This document shows positions 49,294-60,300 of a DNA stretch of 64,000 nt, piece after piece. This stretch comes from Ostreococcus lucimarinus (lineage: Eukaryota). The DNA lies in assembly GCA_000092065.1 (NCBI GenBank), contig CP000584.1; one strand, 5' to 3'. Made by a program: the position numbers and the translations under genes. Position 1 is the first letter of the stretch, and each line of letters begins with the position of its first letter. The notes below the pieces were generated by a model. That model searched no databases and was not told where the DNA came from. It saw only the letters and a program-made list of their open reading frames with translations.

Positions 49294-50335
49294 ATGTCTC
49301 GCGCCGCCGCCCGCCTCCTCGCCCGCGCCGCCGCCGCGCCCGCGCCCGCGCCCGCGCCGCCCGCGTCCGCGCGCGCGATCGCGAGCGCGGCGAACGACGC
49401 GACGTTTTCTTTCGGAAAAGCGCAAGCCCAGTTTTACGATGACGTCCTCGTCGATGGCGTCTTCAAGCCCTGGACGGAGAGCGTGTTCGCGACGTCGCGA
49501 CCGGTGACCGGTGACGCGGTCTTAGACGTCGCGTGCGGCACGGGCGTGGTGGCGCGCGAGTGCGCGGCGTTGGTGGGAGAATCGGTGGGTGACGGTCGAG
49601 CGCGGACGTCCCGAAGCGCCGCGAAGACGCGTCCCGAAGCGAAGAAGCGAAACGAAACGGCGACTGACCGCGGACGCGCGCGTTCGGTGGACGCAGGGTA
49701 AAGTGACGGCGATCGATAACTCGCCCGGGATGCTGGCGCGCGCGAAAGCGAATCCGGCGTCGAGAGGTATCGAGTATTTGGAATTCGACGCGTGCGCGCC
49801 GACGCTCCCGCGGCGCGCGTTCGATCGAGCGTACTGTCAGCAAGGCTTACAGTTCATGGCGGACCCCACGGCGGCGATGAAAGCGGTGCTGTCGAGTTTG
49901 AAACGAGGTGGACATTTCACGTGCGCGGTCTGGGCGCCCGCGAATTCGAGCGAGAATCAAATCATCTACCACCTCGGCGAGGCGCTCAGAGACGTCGGGC
50001 GCGAAGACTGGGTCGACGTCGCCGTGAAACCGATGAGCTGGTCCAACACCGACAGTCGCGGAGTGTCGAAATTAGAAGATTGCTTGATCGAAGCGGGGTT
50101 CATCAATCCCGACGTCGCGTGCGAGGACGGCACGTTCGCTTTCGATGACTTGACCCAAGCCGTGGACATTGCCAAAGTCGGCCCCTACGGCGAAGAGTTG
50201 GCGTCGGACGACGCCTTGTGGAGGGAATTTTCCGAAAACTTCCGCGCGCGTTTGAAGATGTACGTGCAAGAAGACGGCCGCGTCGTCGTTCCCGCGCGCT
50301 CTTTCATCGGTCACGGCGTCGCGCCGTGGAATTAG
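49294..50335 (+). CDS. class I SAM-dependent methyltransferase (Methyltransf_11-like), organelle-targeted; exons 49294..49584 and 49697..50335
   Basis: Motif I VLDVACGTGVVARECAALVGES is interrupted by a frame shift between two track ORFs. Splicing the GTGGGT donor at 49585 to the GACGCAG acceptor at 49696 gives ...ALVGES|GKVTAIDNSPGMLARAK (post-I motif) in phase 0. Confidence 0.75.
49585..49696 (+). other. intron (112 nt)
   Basis: GTGGGT donor. CGACTGACCG lies 28 nt before the acceptor. The 3' block GCGCGCGTTCGGTGGACGCAG is near-identical to the SMC2 intron 3' end GCGCGCGTTCGGTCGAACGCAG. Confidence 0.7.
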
Positions 50336-50455
50336 TTAATTTATTGCGCAGTCCAACGTGTTCAGAGCTCAAAAGTCCGTTTGGCGAATCCAACCGTCAT
50401 CACCGCACACATCGCCGCGTTCGTCGGCGCGCGCGACCCGCACGCCGCCCGCGCG

Positions 50456-53400
50456 ATGTACATCGAGGAAGTATGCATCGATGGCTTCAAGTCGTACGCC
50501 AAACGCACCGTCGTTCCGGGATTTGATCCGTTATTCAACGCGATCACCGGGTTGAACGGCTCGGGCAAGTCGAACATCTTGGATTCGATTTGTTTCGTGC
50601 TCGGGATTTCGAATCTCACGCACGTACGTCCGCGACGACGCGTCGGTGCTCGCGCACGTTGGATGGAGTTTCGTGCGCTCGGCGGCCGCGATGGATGACG
50701 ACGCGCGCGACGCGTGGGGGGGGAGATGATGACGACGCGCGCGGGGGGAACGAGCGCGCGCGAGGCGCGGTCGACGCGCGAGGGGATCGATCGCTGACGC
50801 GCGGCTCGATGCGGTAGCGATGAGAGCAGACGCGCGTAAAATTGATTGACTGACGATGTGCGCGCGTTCGGTCGAACGCAGGTGCGCGCGGCGAGCTTGC
50901 AAGAGCTCGTGTATAAGCAAGGCCAAGCGGGCGTCACCAAGGCGTCGGTGAGCGTGACGTTTAACAACGAGGATCGGACGCGGTCACCGGTCGGATACGA
51001 GCATTGCGATCGCATCACGGTGACGAGACAGATCGTGATTGGTGGGAAGAATAAGTACATGATCAATGGCGCGACGGCGCAGCCGACGCGGGTGCAGAAT
51101 TTGTTTCACTCGGTGCAGTTAAACGTGAACAATCCGCACTTTTTAATCATGCAAGGACGAATCACAAAGGTGTTGAACATGAAACCGCCGGAGATTTTGG
51201 GGATGCTCGAAGAGGCGGCGGGAACGCGGATGTACGAAAACAAAAAGGAAGGCGCGCTGAAGACGCTGGATAAGAAGCAGACCAAGGTTGATGAGATTGA
51301 CAGGTTGCTCGAGGAGGAAATCTTGCCGACGATTGAAAAGCTACGCAAAGAACGTGGCGACTACATGAAGTGGGCGGCGGCGAACGATAATCTCGAGCGC
51401 TTGCGCCGATTCTGCATCGCGTACGATTTCGTGATGGCGCAAGAAGCGGTCGAGAAGGCAAACGCGGGAACATCGAGCATCGTCGAAAAGATTGAAGAGC
51501 ACAAGAGCGCCATCGACGACGCCAATCGCGAGCAAACGGAGCTCGAGCTCCACGCGCAACGTTTGCAAACCGAAAAGGAAGAGCGCATGGGTTCAGAGAT
51601 GAAAGACCTGGTCGTTCGTACCGACACGATGTCCAAGGAGTTGGTGAAGGAAACCACCGCCTTGACGAACAAGCAAAACGAAGTGAAGAGCGAGCAAAAA
51701 GCCAAGGACAAGTTGTTGAAGGATGCTTCGGAAATGGAAGCCGCCGAGTCCAAGCGCGCCGAAAAAGTTGCTGCGCTCGAAGCCGAAGCCGCCGCCGAGC
51801 AAGCGTCGCTCGATGAGAAAGTGGCCGCCGCAGACATGGCTGAGCGCACGCTCCAAGGCGTGCAATCTGGCAAGGGAACGGGCGCAGACAAATCGTTGCA
51901 AGCGCAACTCGCCGACGCCGTCGCCGCGCAATCCTCCTGCGATGCTGAAGTGAAGTCTGCGGCACTCAAAATCAAGCACGTCGAGAAAGAGCTCGCGGTC
52001 GCGCAAAAGTCACTGAGTACGAAGCAAAAGGAAGGCGACAAGCTCACGAAGGAACTTCAATCCGCCGAGTCCGCGGTGGAGACGGCGCGCGCCAATCTCG
52101 CCAACTTTGGTGGATGCACGAGTGACAAGGCGGCCGAGCTCGAAGCGGCGTGCGACAAGGCAAACTTGGAAGTTCAAGAATTACAGCAAGAAGTTGATGT
52201 ATTGAACTCTAAGCTTGGTGACTGCGACTTTCAATTCCGCGATCCCGAGGCGAAGTTTGACCGCAAACGCGTTAAAGGCGTCGTCGCTAAGCTCATGCAA
52301 GTGAAGGACCCTGCCTCGGTCACCGCGCTCGAAGTCGTCGCCGGAGGTAAGCTGCACCAAGTTGTCGTTGATACAGACGTCACCGGTAAAGCACTTTTGG
52401 CTAAGGGTCAACTCAAGAAGCGTGTGACGATAATTCCGTTGAACAAAATCGACAGCCGAACGGCTACGGATCGTCAAATTGCCGCGGCGTCGAGCGTAAG
52501 CAAGGGCGAAGCCTCTCTCGCTCTCAGCCTCGTGACGTATGACGACGACGTGCAAAACGTGATGAAGTATGTTTTTGGTAAGGCTTTCGTCTGCAAAGAT
52601 CAGACCACGGCAAAGGCTGTCGCGTATGACAGAGATGTCATGTTGAACTGCGTCACCGTCGAGGGCGACATGTTCAACCCCAGCGGTGTCATCAGTGGAG
52701 GCTCTCGTAACACCGGCAGCGCGGTGCTGACTAAGCTTCACGCGTTGTACAAGGCTGAAGATGCATTGGCCAAAGCTAAGACTCGCGCCGAGTCCGCGTT
52801 GGAAACCGCCAAGGTGGCAGCCAAGGAGGCGAAAGAGGCGCAAAAGTTGGAAGACGAGTTGGATCGTCACGAACACGCGCTCGGTTTGTTGAAGGAGAAA
52901 GTCAGCGGTTCAGAAGTGCATCAACTCGCCGAAAAAGTTCGCAAATTCGAACAAGATCTAGCTGACGCCAAAAACACGACGGAGGAGGCCAAGGCGAAGA
53001 AGGTTGAGGCTGCACAGACAGCTGCGGCGCTTGAGAAAGAAATCAAGAGCTTTGAAAAGGAGCGCGATTCACGTTTGAAAGAAGCTGAAAAGGCTTTGAA
53101 AGAGGCGAGAAACGCAGTCACCAAAGCTCGAGCGCAAATTAAAGAGAAAGAAGAGTTTGTCACTAGCGCGCGGATCGAGAAAGAAGCTGCGGTTTCGGAA
53201 CGCGCGGCGCTCGATGAGCAAATCAACGAACGCGCCGCCGCCGTCGCGGAGTTGCGAGCCGAAGTCGAGACTATGCAAGCGGCCGTGTCGGAGAAGCAAC
53301 GTGAATACGACGTCGTCGCAGCTGAGCTTGAAGACCGGCGCGCGCGTGTCGCTGCGTGCGATGTCGAAATCTCTAAGCTGCTTAAGCGCAAGGAGAAACT

Positions 53401-54328
53401 CGAAGCCGCAGCGCAGGAACACGGGTTGGAAATGAAGAAGCTCGAGTATCAAATCACGCGCCATGAAAACGAAGCGAAGGATGCCGAGGCGCATCTCGAT
53501 AATCTTAAGAAAGAACATCAGTGGGTCGCGAGCGAGAGCGCGCTGTTTGGTCAGTCCGGAGGTGATTATGATTTCAAGAAGCGTTCCCCTTCGCAAGCGC
53601 AAGCGGAACTTGCAGAGTGCGAAGAAGCGCAGGCGACGCTCGGGAAGCGCGTGAACAAGAAGGTCATCGCCATGTTTGATAAGGCTGAAGCCGAGTTCAA
53701 AGAATTGCAAGAAAAGCGTCGCATCGTGTTGAACGATAGATCGAAGATTCAAAAGGTGATCACCGAGTTGGACGAGAAGAAGCGTGAGGCTTTGCAGCTG
53801 ACTTGGGAAAAGGTCACCAAGGACTTTGGTTCCATCTTTTCCACTTTGCTCCCAGGGACGAGCGCCAAGCTCCAACCTCCCGAAGGATGCACCGTGATGG
53901 ATGGTTTGGAAGTCAAGGTCGCTTTCGGGGAAGTTTGGAAGGAATCGCTCACCGAACTTTCGGGCGGTCAGCGATCGTTGCTCGCGTTGTCTTTAATTCT
54001 CGCGCTTTTGCTCTTCAAGCCTGCGCCGATTTACATTTTGGACGAGGTCGATGCTGCGCTGGATCTTTCGCACACGCAAAATATCGGACGCATGATCAAG
54101 CAGCACTTCCCGTTCTCCCAATTCCTCGTCGTTTCGCTGAAGGAAGGCATGTTCAACAACGCAAATGTTATTTTCCGCACCAAGTTTGTGGATGGCTTAT
54201 CGACTGTGACGCGATCGGTGCCCGCTTTGAAGGACAAGGAAGACAATACTCGTCCAGATGCGCCAAACGCACTCGCAGCGGCCGCGGCAAAACGTCGCGC
54301 GCCGACCAAACAGGGCAAAGAAAATTAA
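50456..54328 (+). CDS. SMC2: structural maintenance of chromosomes protein 2 (condensin SMC2); exons 50456..50623 and 50882..54328
   Basis: Exon 1 [56 protein letters not shown] ends at a GTACGT donor. Exon 2 starts [17 protein letters not shown]..., as in human SMC2 (NLSQVRASNLQDLVYK). Hinge, coiled coils and C-terminal [36 protein letters not shown] are present. Confidence 0.9.
50624..50881 (+). other. intron (258 nt) in SMC2
   Basis: GTACGT donor. TTGACTGACGAT lies 27 nt before the GAACGCAG acceptor. Contains a G9 homopolymer. Confidence 0.75.
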
Positions 54329-54355
54329 TCTCGCGTAGACGCTCCGTGTAAGAAT

Positions 54356-54892
54356 ATGAATCCTTTTTCGTTTACGAGTCACACTAAAAATAGAATGCAG
54401 GTCAAGGAGCTTCGAGCCATGAAAAAAGTTCCAACGCAGTTCCTCCCTCTATTTGAGGTGGGTGAATCGTTCGAAGATGCCCCTGAGAAGAACGTCGCCG
54501 TCCTCCAAGACGAACCGGTGGCGCGCGAGGCTATTTTCATCACTGAAACGCCAGAGGAGAGCGCGGAGTATGATTTCGACTACGATCGATTCCATCCAAA
54601 CGCGCGAGCAGCTTTGTGTGCACTAAAGTTTGCGCTTAAACATCCACCATGCGCACCGCATTCTGACAAGCTCATCTCCGAGCTACATTACCTGAAACTC
54701 ACGGTTTCTGCGGGTAATCGAAGAGTCGCGCCGAACGAGTTAGCCGCGCAGCCGCGCGCCATCAGACGCAACGATGAATTATCCGCCGAGGAGAGTCGTA
54801 AAGTACTCGAGCTCGAGCGCACGCTTGAAGTACTGAGGCTCCGAGTGGCCCAACTAGCGTCCATGGAAGATGATCAAAGAATTAGCGATTGA
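54356..54892 (+). CDS. orphan ORF (178 aa) with atypical lower GC3, filling the convergent SMC2/PPR spacer
   Basis: ATG at 54356, only 28 nt after the SMC2 stop. The ORF ends 14 nt before the PPR stop on the opposite strand. An open frame of this length in a ~52% GC region is unlikely by chance. No homology recognised. Confidence 0.3.
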   Translation: MNPFSFTSHTKNRMQVKELRAMKKVPTQFLPLFEVGESFEDAPEKNVAVLQDEPVAREAIFITETPEESAEYDFDYDRFHPNARAALCALKFALKHPPCAPHSDKLISELHYLKLTVSAGNRRVAPNELAAQPRAIRRNDELSAEESRKVLELERTLEVLRLRVAQLASMEDDQRISD

Positions 54893-54905
54893 CTTACTAC
54901 AATGG

Positions 54906-56825
54906 TTATGCTTTCGCCGTCGAGGTTGAAGCGCCAGACAAATCTTGAATGAGTTGTCCAGCGTTCGCGAGCGAGGCGCGCATGCCTTCTAAACCTTCCG
55001 CGCGTTTGTGTAGCGCACTTTCCTGGCATGCGCGAATAAGCACGGCGAATGTGATTTCGGTGGGCATAAGTCCATCGATGCGTTGCATATCGTCGAGCAC
55101 GCTGAGTCCTCGCGTGACTTCGCCGCTTCGCACGTGCGCCCCGATGAGAGCATTGTACACCGCAGCGTTCCGTGGAACATCCCAATAGTTGCGCATTTTC
55201 TCCATCACGGCCTCCGCTTCGAGGTCTCGACCTTGGCATCCCAAGCAGTGAATGTACGCTCCGCACATGACGGTGTGCGGGATGATTCGGTTGCGCAACA
55301 TCTCCGTCCAAACGCCGTCCGCCGCGATGTACTCTCCGCTTCGCTCGGCAGCAGATATGAGCTGCGTGAAAGTGTACGAGTCTGGCTGGATTTTCGAGCG
55401 TTTCATCTCGTCATACACTTCAGTGCATCCTTCCCAGTCCCCGTACCTCGCGTATCCGCCCAAGAGCGCGTTGAAGGTGTACGTCGTGACGATCATCGTT
55501 GAGTTGCGCATAGCGTCGAAAACTTCGTTCGCGTGCGCCATGTCGCCGGCACGTCCTGCCATGGTGATGATGGCATGCATCAACGTCGCGTCCGGACGCA
55601 CGTCGTACTTTTTAATACGTTTTGCGACCGCGTTACCTTCGATCCAGCGTCGACAATTATCGAACGCCGTCAGCGTCAACGAAAACGCTAAGCTCGTCGG
55701 TTGAACTCCAGGCTCACGCGCCATCTCGTTGAGTACGGCCAACGCCTCGTCCGGCTTCGCCTCATCTCTCAACGCCGTGAGCACGGCTGTGTAAGTGTAC
55801 AAATTTCTCGGTTTGCCCTTGTCGCCCATGTCCCGAAACACTTGATACGCCCCGCTCCAATCACTCACGCGATTGAGTGCGGCGATCACCGCAGACGCGA
55901 TCTCGTTACAAATCAAGCTCTCATCATTCTCCGCGATACCGCGCTGCCACAAGTTTTGCACCGTTCGCGTTTGCGTCAGCGTCTTCGCCGCGCTGGCGAG
56001 CGACACGTACGTAAACTCATTCGGCGCGTACCGCCCTTGCTTGCGCGACATCCACAAATACAGCGCGTGCGCGCGATCGAAGCTCCCACGCTCACCGAGC
56101 TCCTTAATGGCAAAGTTAAGCGTCGACGTGGTGAATTTAAACTTCCCACCCTCGGGATTCACCGCGCTCGCGACGACGTCCCACGCGATGCGTTCGCCCT
56201 GCGCCGGCGCGTCGATAGATTCCATCGCCCGCACGATCCGTTCCCCCGCGCGCAACGGCGGCCTCCCGCTTCCACTCGCCGCGCCATCCCCGCGTCCACC
56301 GCCTCTCGTCTCCCTTTTTTGCGCGTGCGTCGGTTCCCTCTTACTCGCGTTCACGTGCCTCTGCAGCGCCCCGTGCGACGACTTCGTCACCCTCAGATCC
56401 ACCTCCGTCGTCGCCTTCCCTCGTCCTCCCTCCCTCGCGCGCGCGTCGTTCACCGTCCGTCCTCGCGCCGGCGCGTACCTCTGCCCTCGACGCGTCCCCG
56501 TCCCTCGCGCTCGCGCGTCGCTCGCGCGTCGCGTCGTCCCGACCCCGCCGCCGCGCGTCTCGTCTCGCGTCTCCTCCCCCACCCCGCGCGCGCTCGTCCC
56601 GTCGTCCCGTCGCATCGCGCGCGCGTCCCGCGTCGTCGCGTTCGCTCGCGCGCGTCCATCGCGGTCGTCGCGCGTCGCGTCGTCGTCGCGCGTCCCGTCG
56701 GTGCCGCCGCCGGCGCGCGCGCGCGCGCGCGCGATTCGTCGCGCGCCGTCGCGTCGCGCCGTCGTCGGCGCCCGCGCGACGCGCGATGGCGCGACGCGCG
56801 TCGCCGTCGTCGCCGCCGGCGCCAT
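54906..56825 (-). CDS. pentatricopeptide-repeat (PPR) protein, organelle-targeted
   Basis: ATG at 56825. About 230 aa of Arg/Ala/Thr-rich N-terminus are followed by tandem 35-aa helical repeats (e.g. TYTAVLTALRDEAKPDEALAVLNEM, TFNALLGGYARYGDWEGCTEVYDEM). Confidence 0.75.
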   Translation of the reverse strand: MAPAATTATRVAPSRVARAPTTARRDGARRIARARARAGGGTDGTRDDDATRDDRDGRARANATTRDARAMRRDDGTSARGVGEETRDETRGGGVGTTRRASDARARGTGTRRGQRYAPARGRTVNDARAREGGRGKATTEVDLRVTKSSHGALQRHVNASKREPTHAQKRETRGGGRGDGAASGSGRPPLRAGERIVRAMESIDAPAQGERIAWDVVASAVNPEGGKFKFTTSTLNFAIKELGERGSFDRAHALYLWMSRKQGRYAPNEFTYVSLASAAKTLTQTRTVQNLWQRGIAENDESLICNEIASAVIAALNRVSDWSGAYQVFRDMGDKGKPRNLYTYTAVLTALRDEAKPDEALAVLNEMAREPGVQPTSLAFSLTLTAFDNCRRWIEGNAVAKRIKKYDVRPDATLMHAIITMAGRAGDMAHANEVFDAMRNSTMIVTTYTFNALLGGYARYGDWEGCTEVYDEMKRSKIQPDSYTFTQLISAAERSGEYIAADGVWTEMLRNRIIPHTVMCGAYIHCLGCQGRDLEAEAVMEKMRNYWDVPRNAAVYNALIGAHVRSGEVTRGLSVLDDMQRIDGLMPTEITFAVLIRACQESALHKRAEGLEGMRASLANAGQLIQDLSGASTSTAKA

Positions 56826-57385
56826 GACGTCGGCGTCGCGGCGTCGCGCGCGCGCGTCCGCGGCGACGCGCGCGCGCGCGATTCGGATAGCGCGAGTCCC
56901 CTGACCGTTGAGTCGTGATCCGTCGGTATGCGCAAACAGTCACACACGTGTCGGCGACCGACCGCGGCTCTGTTGACATTTTTTATAGAGCGTCATTGGA
57001 GGTATTCTAGTACCTCAGCGTTCATATAAGGACGGTGCGTATACCTATTTACCAGAGAAATGGCAAAGGCCCTTTCGTCAGCACGCGTCAGCACCACGCG
57101 GCAGCACGCGTTTGGTGTTACGCACGCACTGGCACTGATTGCCGCGACGCGCGCGCGTCGCCACTCGCGCGCGCGATCGACCTCGTTCGACGCGACGACG
57201 CGACGGTGAAAGACGCGCGCGACGCGCGAGACCGGCGACGCGCGAAACCGGCGACGCGATCCGCGCGCGGCGTGAGAACGTTCCGCGAACGACGCGTGCG
57301 AACTTTCGACGCGTGCGAACGACGCGAGCGAACTTTCGACGCGTGAGAGTCGCGAGCGAGGACGAAAGCGCGCGGGAAAAGCGGC

Positions 57386-60300
57386 ATGACGTCGTCTTCG
57401 AAGGGCTCGCGCGATGGTGGCGTCGCGCGGCGCGTCGCGGTGTTCGCCGCGACGGCGATCGTGGCGTACGCGGTGGCGGGCGTGGCGACGACCAGAGAGG
57501 GACTGGCGCGAGTGGTGCTCTCGACGACGAAGACGAACGATGGACGCGCGCCGATGTGGGCGAAGGAAGGACACGCGCCGCTGAAGGCGTTCTTCAACGA
57601 TGCGATGGCTGACGCGCCGACGGGATTGACGCGCGACGAGCGCCGCGCTGCGCGGGCGCTGCGCGCCGCGCGCAAAGCGGCGCGCGCCGGCAACGGGCAA
57701 TCGGAGACGACGTTCACTCTTTCAAAGTCGTGGAAGTTGCATCGCTTGGCCAAGCTCGGGATCACGGAGGTATTGACGGATGATGACGAAGAGCCGAACG
57801 CGCTCTCCGATGTGTCGTTCACGAGCGCGCAGACCAAGGGCGCGCAGACGGCGTTTGATTTCTCGGAGGAGGAAGCAGAAGCCGCACCACAAAATCAAAC
57901 TGAAGATTTTCTCGCGGACAATTACGACGCTGAAGAAAAGATCGAGACTAGCGTTGATTCGGTGATTACCTCGTCGCCGGATGCGGTGTTTGCGGCACAG
58001 TTTGGGAATCACACATGTGTACAACAGTGCGCCGACGACGCCGACGTCGCGCAAATCATCGGCGGTTCCGGCTGCACTGCGCTTCAAGCGAACGACAACG
58101 TTTTCAAGTGCTTGAACGAAAAGTGTTCATGCGAGGAAGCCGTGGCTTTACACGAAACTTTGCTCTACGTTTGTGACGCGAATGAGGTTGGGAAGAACTT
58201 TTCATTCGTTCGACTCAACCAATTCTACGTCGACACTTTGGATGACGCGATCGACGAGTGCCAGGTCACCGATCTTCTTGACTCAGTCGTTTCTTCTCAG
58301 AACACGTACTGCGACAGTAACGAAGATCAAGACTCGACTATCTCGAATGTCACCGCCGCTGCGCTGGGTCAAGGATGCCACCGCGGCGGCGACCGCCCAA
58401 AGGTGGCCAATTGCATAGTCCACAAGTACTACTTTGCACGCTGCGACTACTGGGCCGGTTGCAGACGCGGATGCAACTCCTGGGATTATCCCATCCGTTG
58501 GAAGCATTGCGGCTGGTGCTGTCATCGATGTGTAAACTTCCCGTGCGGGGTGCATTGCCGTTGTAGATGTCGGCGCTGGCGCTGTCGCTGCAGCTGCCAC
58601 ACGAGATGGTGCCGTCGTTGCTGGCATTTACCAACGTATCGACCGAGGTGCCGCAAGGATAGATATTATCGGCAAAATAAATGCGATATTTGCTCGCCCG
58701 GCTACCGCGTAACACGCAATGGACGATGTCAACTTTACGGATGGATTCAAGCCATAGTCGACGGCATCAACGCCGTGAAGCAAGGGATCAAATACATCAA
58801 AAATGTCATCCCGAACACAATTGACAACATTAAGAACATGTTCACGAACGTCAAGACGCAAGCGAATACGGCGGTTACGAAACTGACAGAGCTCGCCGAT
58901 CAAATCGCGCAGAAAGTGACGGATCTCGCCGATGAAGTGGTTTCCAGTGTCATCTTCATCAAGCCGGCGACTTTCTTGCAAGCAATCGAGAGCGCCCTCC
59001 TTTCGTGTGACAACGCTCAATCCGCGCTCGGCTCCACCAAAATCAGCGCACATGAAGCAACGTCCCTTGGATTGCTCGATCCGGCGAATTCACACGTGCT
59101 TGAGGAAAAGCTTGGTGATATTTTTGGCAAATCCCGTAGCGGAGTTTCTCCCATCCAAGAATGGCGGTCTGATGATACGTCTTCGCTCGGAGTCGGACAG
59201 TGTGTGGCTCATTGCGGCGCTGGGATGTGTCTGCCCACGACAATACCGGCAATGACATACGAAACGCCTGATCACGGTATGCCCTTTCCGGATTCTATCC
59301 ATTTGGTCAAATATAAGCCGGACGCGGTGATCGTCAACGTGGCGGCGAACCCCGTCTCAGTATGCGTCAAGATGACGGAATTCAGCATCCCTACGACCGC
59401 CGCCGAATCAATCGTCAATGCTCTGGTTGATCAAATCAAACCAATCCTACTCGCTGGCGTCGATGAAGTCAAACAGTGGGGGAAGAACGCCGCAAAAGGC
59501 ATGAAAAACGCAGCCGTCGCCGTCGAAGACGGCGCAAACGACATGGCTGGATTTGTCCAAGGGATCCCGGATAAGCTCAACAATCTGGTAGGTCGACGTC
59601 GGTTACTCGCCGATGCCACGCCGTCAGACCAAGATCTCATCGACGTCTCGTTCGCGCTCGGTCGTCTGATGGCTCAGCAAAACAGGCTTCGTGAAAAAAC
59701 CGAAGCAGACGTCAGGCTCTCCTTGGATGAGCTCCGAGCGAGGCTCCAAGCGCTTCCGCACTTTTCGCACGCTCATCCGACGCACAAGGGCGCGGCAAAT
59801 CACGCAACGGCCAATCTTGGTGGTAATTTTCTCAGTGACGCGAGCGACGGACTCGTGAACGCGATGAAGCTCGCCTTCCAAGACATGAAGAACATGAAGA
59901 TGATTGCTCGCTCGACACTGGTCTTGGATTTGAACGTCGAGTTCAACACCGATGCGACTGCCTATCGTTTCGACGATCTCTTGAACAACGGTGAAGGGTA
60001 CACGATGATGATCGATCAAAGCATCCCGATCGGTCTGGGGTTCACCATCGCCATCACCGGTCGGCTTGATGTTAAGATGCCTTACTACTTCATCGCAGAA
60101 AGTGCCGGTAACTTTGCCTACAACGTGGCGTCGAACGATTTCTGGGTCGAGTTCGGCTCCGACGAAGGTAGCGGCGTGCTGAGACTTAACGACAACCCGC
60201 AGGTGACTATCACGCCGTCTGGCACTGGGCAAAGCTCGGTATCGTTTAAGGTATCGACTACTCTTCGTGCGAGTGATTTCAAGGTTTCCGTGTGCTTTGG

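Noticed and set aside
58283-58627. 114-aa minus-strand ORF inside paralog A
   Set aside because: It is antisense to a continuous 1121-aa ORF whose architecture is mirrored by paralog B. It is retained only as a caveat for the CRC-rich block.
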